A stretch of 64,000 bases of DNA, taken from NCBI RefSeq assembly GCF_018977255.1, contig NW_024704742.1, positions 37,884,001-37,948,000 of the forward strand. The letters are read 5' to 3'. Positions within the stretch are counted from its first letter, which is position 1; each line of letters opens with the position of its first letter. The notes below the pieces were generated by a model that saw only the letters and a list, made by a program, of their open reading frames with translations, had not been told where the DNA came from and made no database searches. Positions 61,952 to 64,000 of the stretch are shown piece after piece. A program made the translations under genes and the position numbers. Source of the DNA: Callorhinchus milii. Lineage: Eukaryota.

Positions 61952-64000
61952 GCTCTGTGCTGCAGGAATAATGCAAGAACAAGACTCAGTGAGTGACATT
62001 GGTCCAAATCATGGAATCGTAGAATTTTTCAGCCCAAAAGGAGGTCATTCAGATCAATGACATAAACTGGCAGTGAGTAAAAGGCTGACTTTGCCAAAAG
62101 TTTGCAAGACTGTCGAACATGTTGAAAAATAGAGCCAACATAGCATCTGATTTTTCAAATGTTGGGAACAATGGGTGTTTTGTTTTACTTACACATTCCT
62201 TTTAAATGTATATTTTTCATAGCCTCTGTAATTGCCTTAGTAATACGATAATGCTTAGTAAAGGTCTTCAAAATCTAATTCTAATCTTGTATGCCTATAA
62301 TAATTTGTGCTGTCATTAAATAAATTAATCATTGTGCTCTGGTTTCTGCCATGTTGTCTAAAAATCAATCACATCTTACATTTGACAGTTATTACTGGAA
62401 AACATTGAGATGTTTTGATATGATAAAATCAAAGTTTGTCTTTGTTATTATAGTTCTTCAAGTGTTTTCCATTTGTGTGCCATGCTCTTTCTCTGTATCC
62501 TGAATTCATTAATAATGGATTTATGTAGGAAGTGGTTTGGGTTTTACTGGTGGAAATATAAATTATTTTCTGCCCATAAATGTTGCAATTGTCGTAAGAT
62601 TTCTTCCACATTTATTTATAACAAGTGCAGTATTTCATGCCAAGGTTTGGTATCCAGCCTGAAGCAAATCTGATTTATATTGCTTCATGATGATCTGTAA
62701 TGCATTGCTGGGTAGCAGATGCAAGCTTACTTAAAGTTTTGTATGGTAAGCTTTTACCAAATTTAAAAAAACATAATAGCAGACTAGTCAGGTAATAAAA
62801 CTTGTTTTGATTGTCACTTATAGCTTCAGTGGGTTTAACATATCAAAGTGACAAAAGCAAGTAACTGGTGAAAGTTAGTTTCTTCACTCTATCCTCTCGA
62901 TTTACACTCGTGACTAAATTGGTATTTTAGGCGACTGAAAAAAAATTACTCCTGTATTATAAAATGAGACAATTCTGAAAATGTGCAACACATTGGTCAG
63001 TACCTGGATGCAGAAGACAGTTTAAAGGTCTGTGTGTGACTCCTACTCAGACCTGAACATTTCCCATTCTGTTAAATCTATACAAATGCTCAGTCATGGG
63101 TATTGTGTTTTAACTAACAATGAAGTGCGAAAAATTGTTTTAGCAAGCAAATGTATCAAGGTTGAGAGTCTTTGTCTGGTTTCCACAAATACTTTACAAT
63201 GTATGTTATACACTGTATTTTATTGTTTCAGTCACTGTAGAAAATTCTGAATGAAGATCTGCAGGTAGTTGATATATATTTACATGAAAAAACCTTTTCA
63301 TATATATCATTTATGAATCATTCACAATATACTTGTGAGTTGCCTCTAAGTTAACAAACCACTGCACTTGGTGACTTATGTCTGAGTTGTTGCTTACCTT
63401 CTTACCTGTATGTATGCTTCTTTGCTATTAGTAGTGGCCCTAGTCATAGAATATAGCAATGTACTGCACAGAAGAAGACTATTGGGCACATCGTGTCTGT
63501 GCTGACTCTTCGAACAAACATTTTCCTGTTTACCTCTGTTGTGCAAGGAACTTGTGAAATGTAGGTATCTTTTTTTAAATTTGCAATTTTCAGAAAATAT
63601 ATCATTGTTTTCCTGTTTATTTTAGGTCATTCTATGCCATGGAGCATGCAACATGCCTCATGCAAATGTCTTGCTGCTTATCCTCTGAGCTAATGATACT
63701 CTAATCACTGCTAAAGGGATCAGGAGAGTAAATTGGGTTGTCTCGTCTGAAATATTCCCTGCACCCATTACTATCCTTGTGGGGAAGCTCCCCACTTCTC
63801 TTTCCTCCGCTGGCTGGTTAAGATCAGGAATCTATCATGGGTGGAGCTGCAGCTGTTAACTTGCATCTTTCCACTCCATGGCAAATTGCAATTGTACACC
63901 AGTGAGATCCCCCGATGATCTCTAATTTCTCACTATGGGGTCTGTTTTCAGTGTTTTTTTTAAGTATGTGTGTGTGTGTTTTGCATCGTGTATAAAATCC

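Noticed and set aside
16177..64000. SHROOM3 exon 2 (expected to start roughly V/IEEGGKA...), including acceptor-like sites near 59808 and 63626
   Set aside because: No frame after these AG sites resembles the PDZ continuation. Short exons could have been missed by eye.

Overview
Eukaryotic, repeat-rich vertebrate DNA. The L2, CR1 and Deu-type SINE content suggests a cartilaginous fish, probably a chimaera/holocephalan; this is inferred from recalled repeat families, not from a search. The only host coding sequence I can support is the first coding exon of SHROOM3 (16027-16176, +; N-terminal PDZ ending ...[23 protein letters not shown] at a phase-0 AAG|GTAAGG donor). Exon 2 was not found, so 16177-64000 appears to be intron 1. 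A separate CpG-rich, promoter-like region at 1-860 carries a perfect RFX X-box and a 41-bp minisatellite and may serve a divergent upstream gene. Almost all other ORFs in the track are L2/CR1 fragments, SINE-derived or microsatellite artefacts. I found no new protein-coding system. The most interesting signals are: (1) a modular SINE/L2 partnership whose shared 3' stem-loop shows covariation; (2) several fold-back hairpins, including one made of two L2 tails and a loop-less 126-bp palindrome; (3) an unassigned CCHC-type LINE 3' end with a target-site duplication, present in four copies; (4) a possible decayed KDZ/Zisupton-like transposase; (5) unusual low-complexity architecture around SHROOM3 exon 1. 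Repeat boundaries were read by eye and are approximate unless stated.
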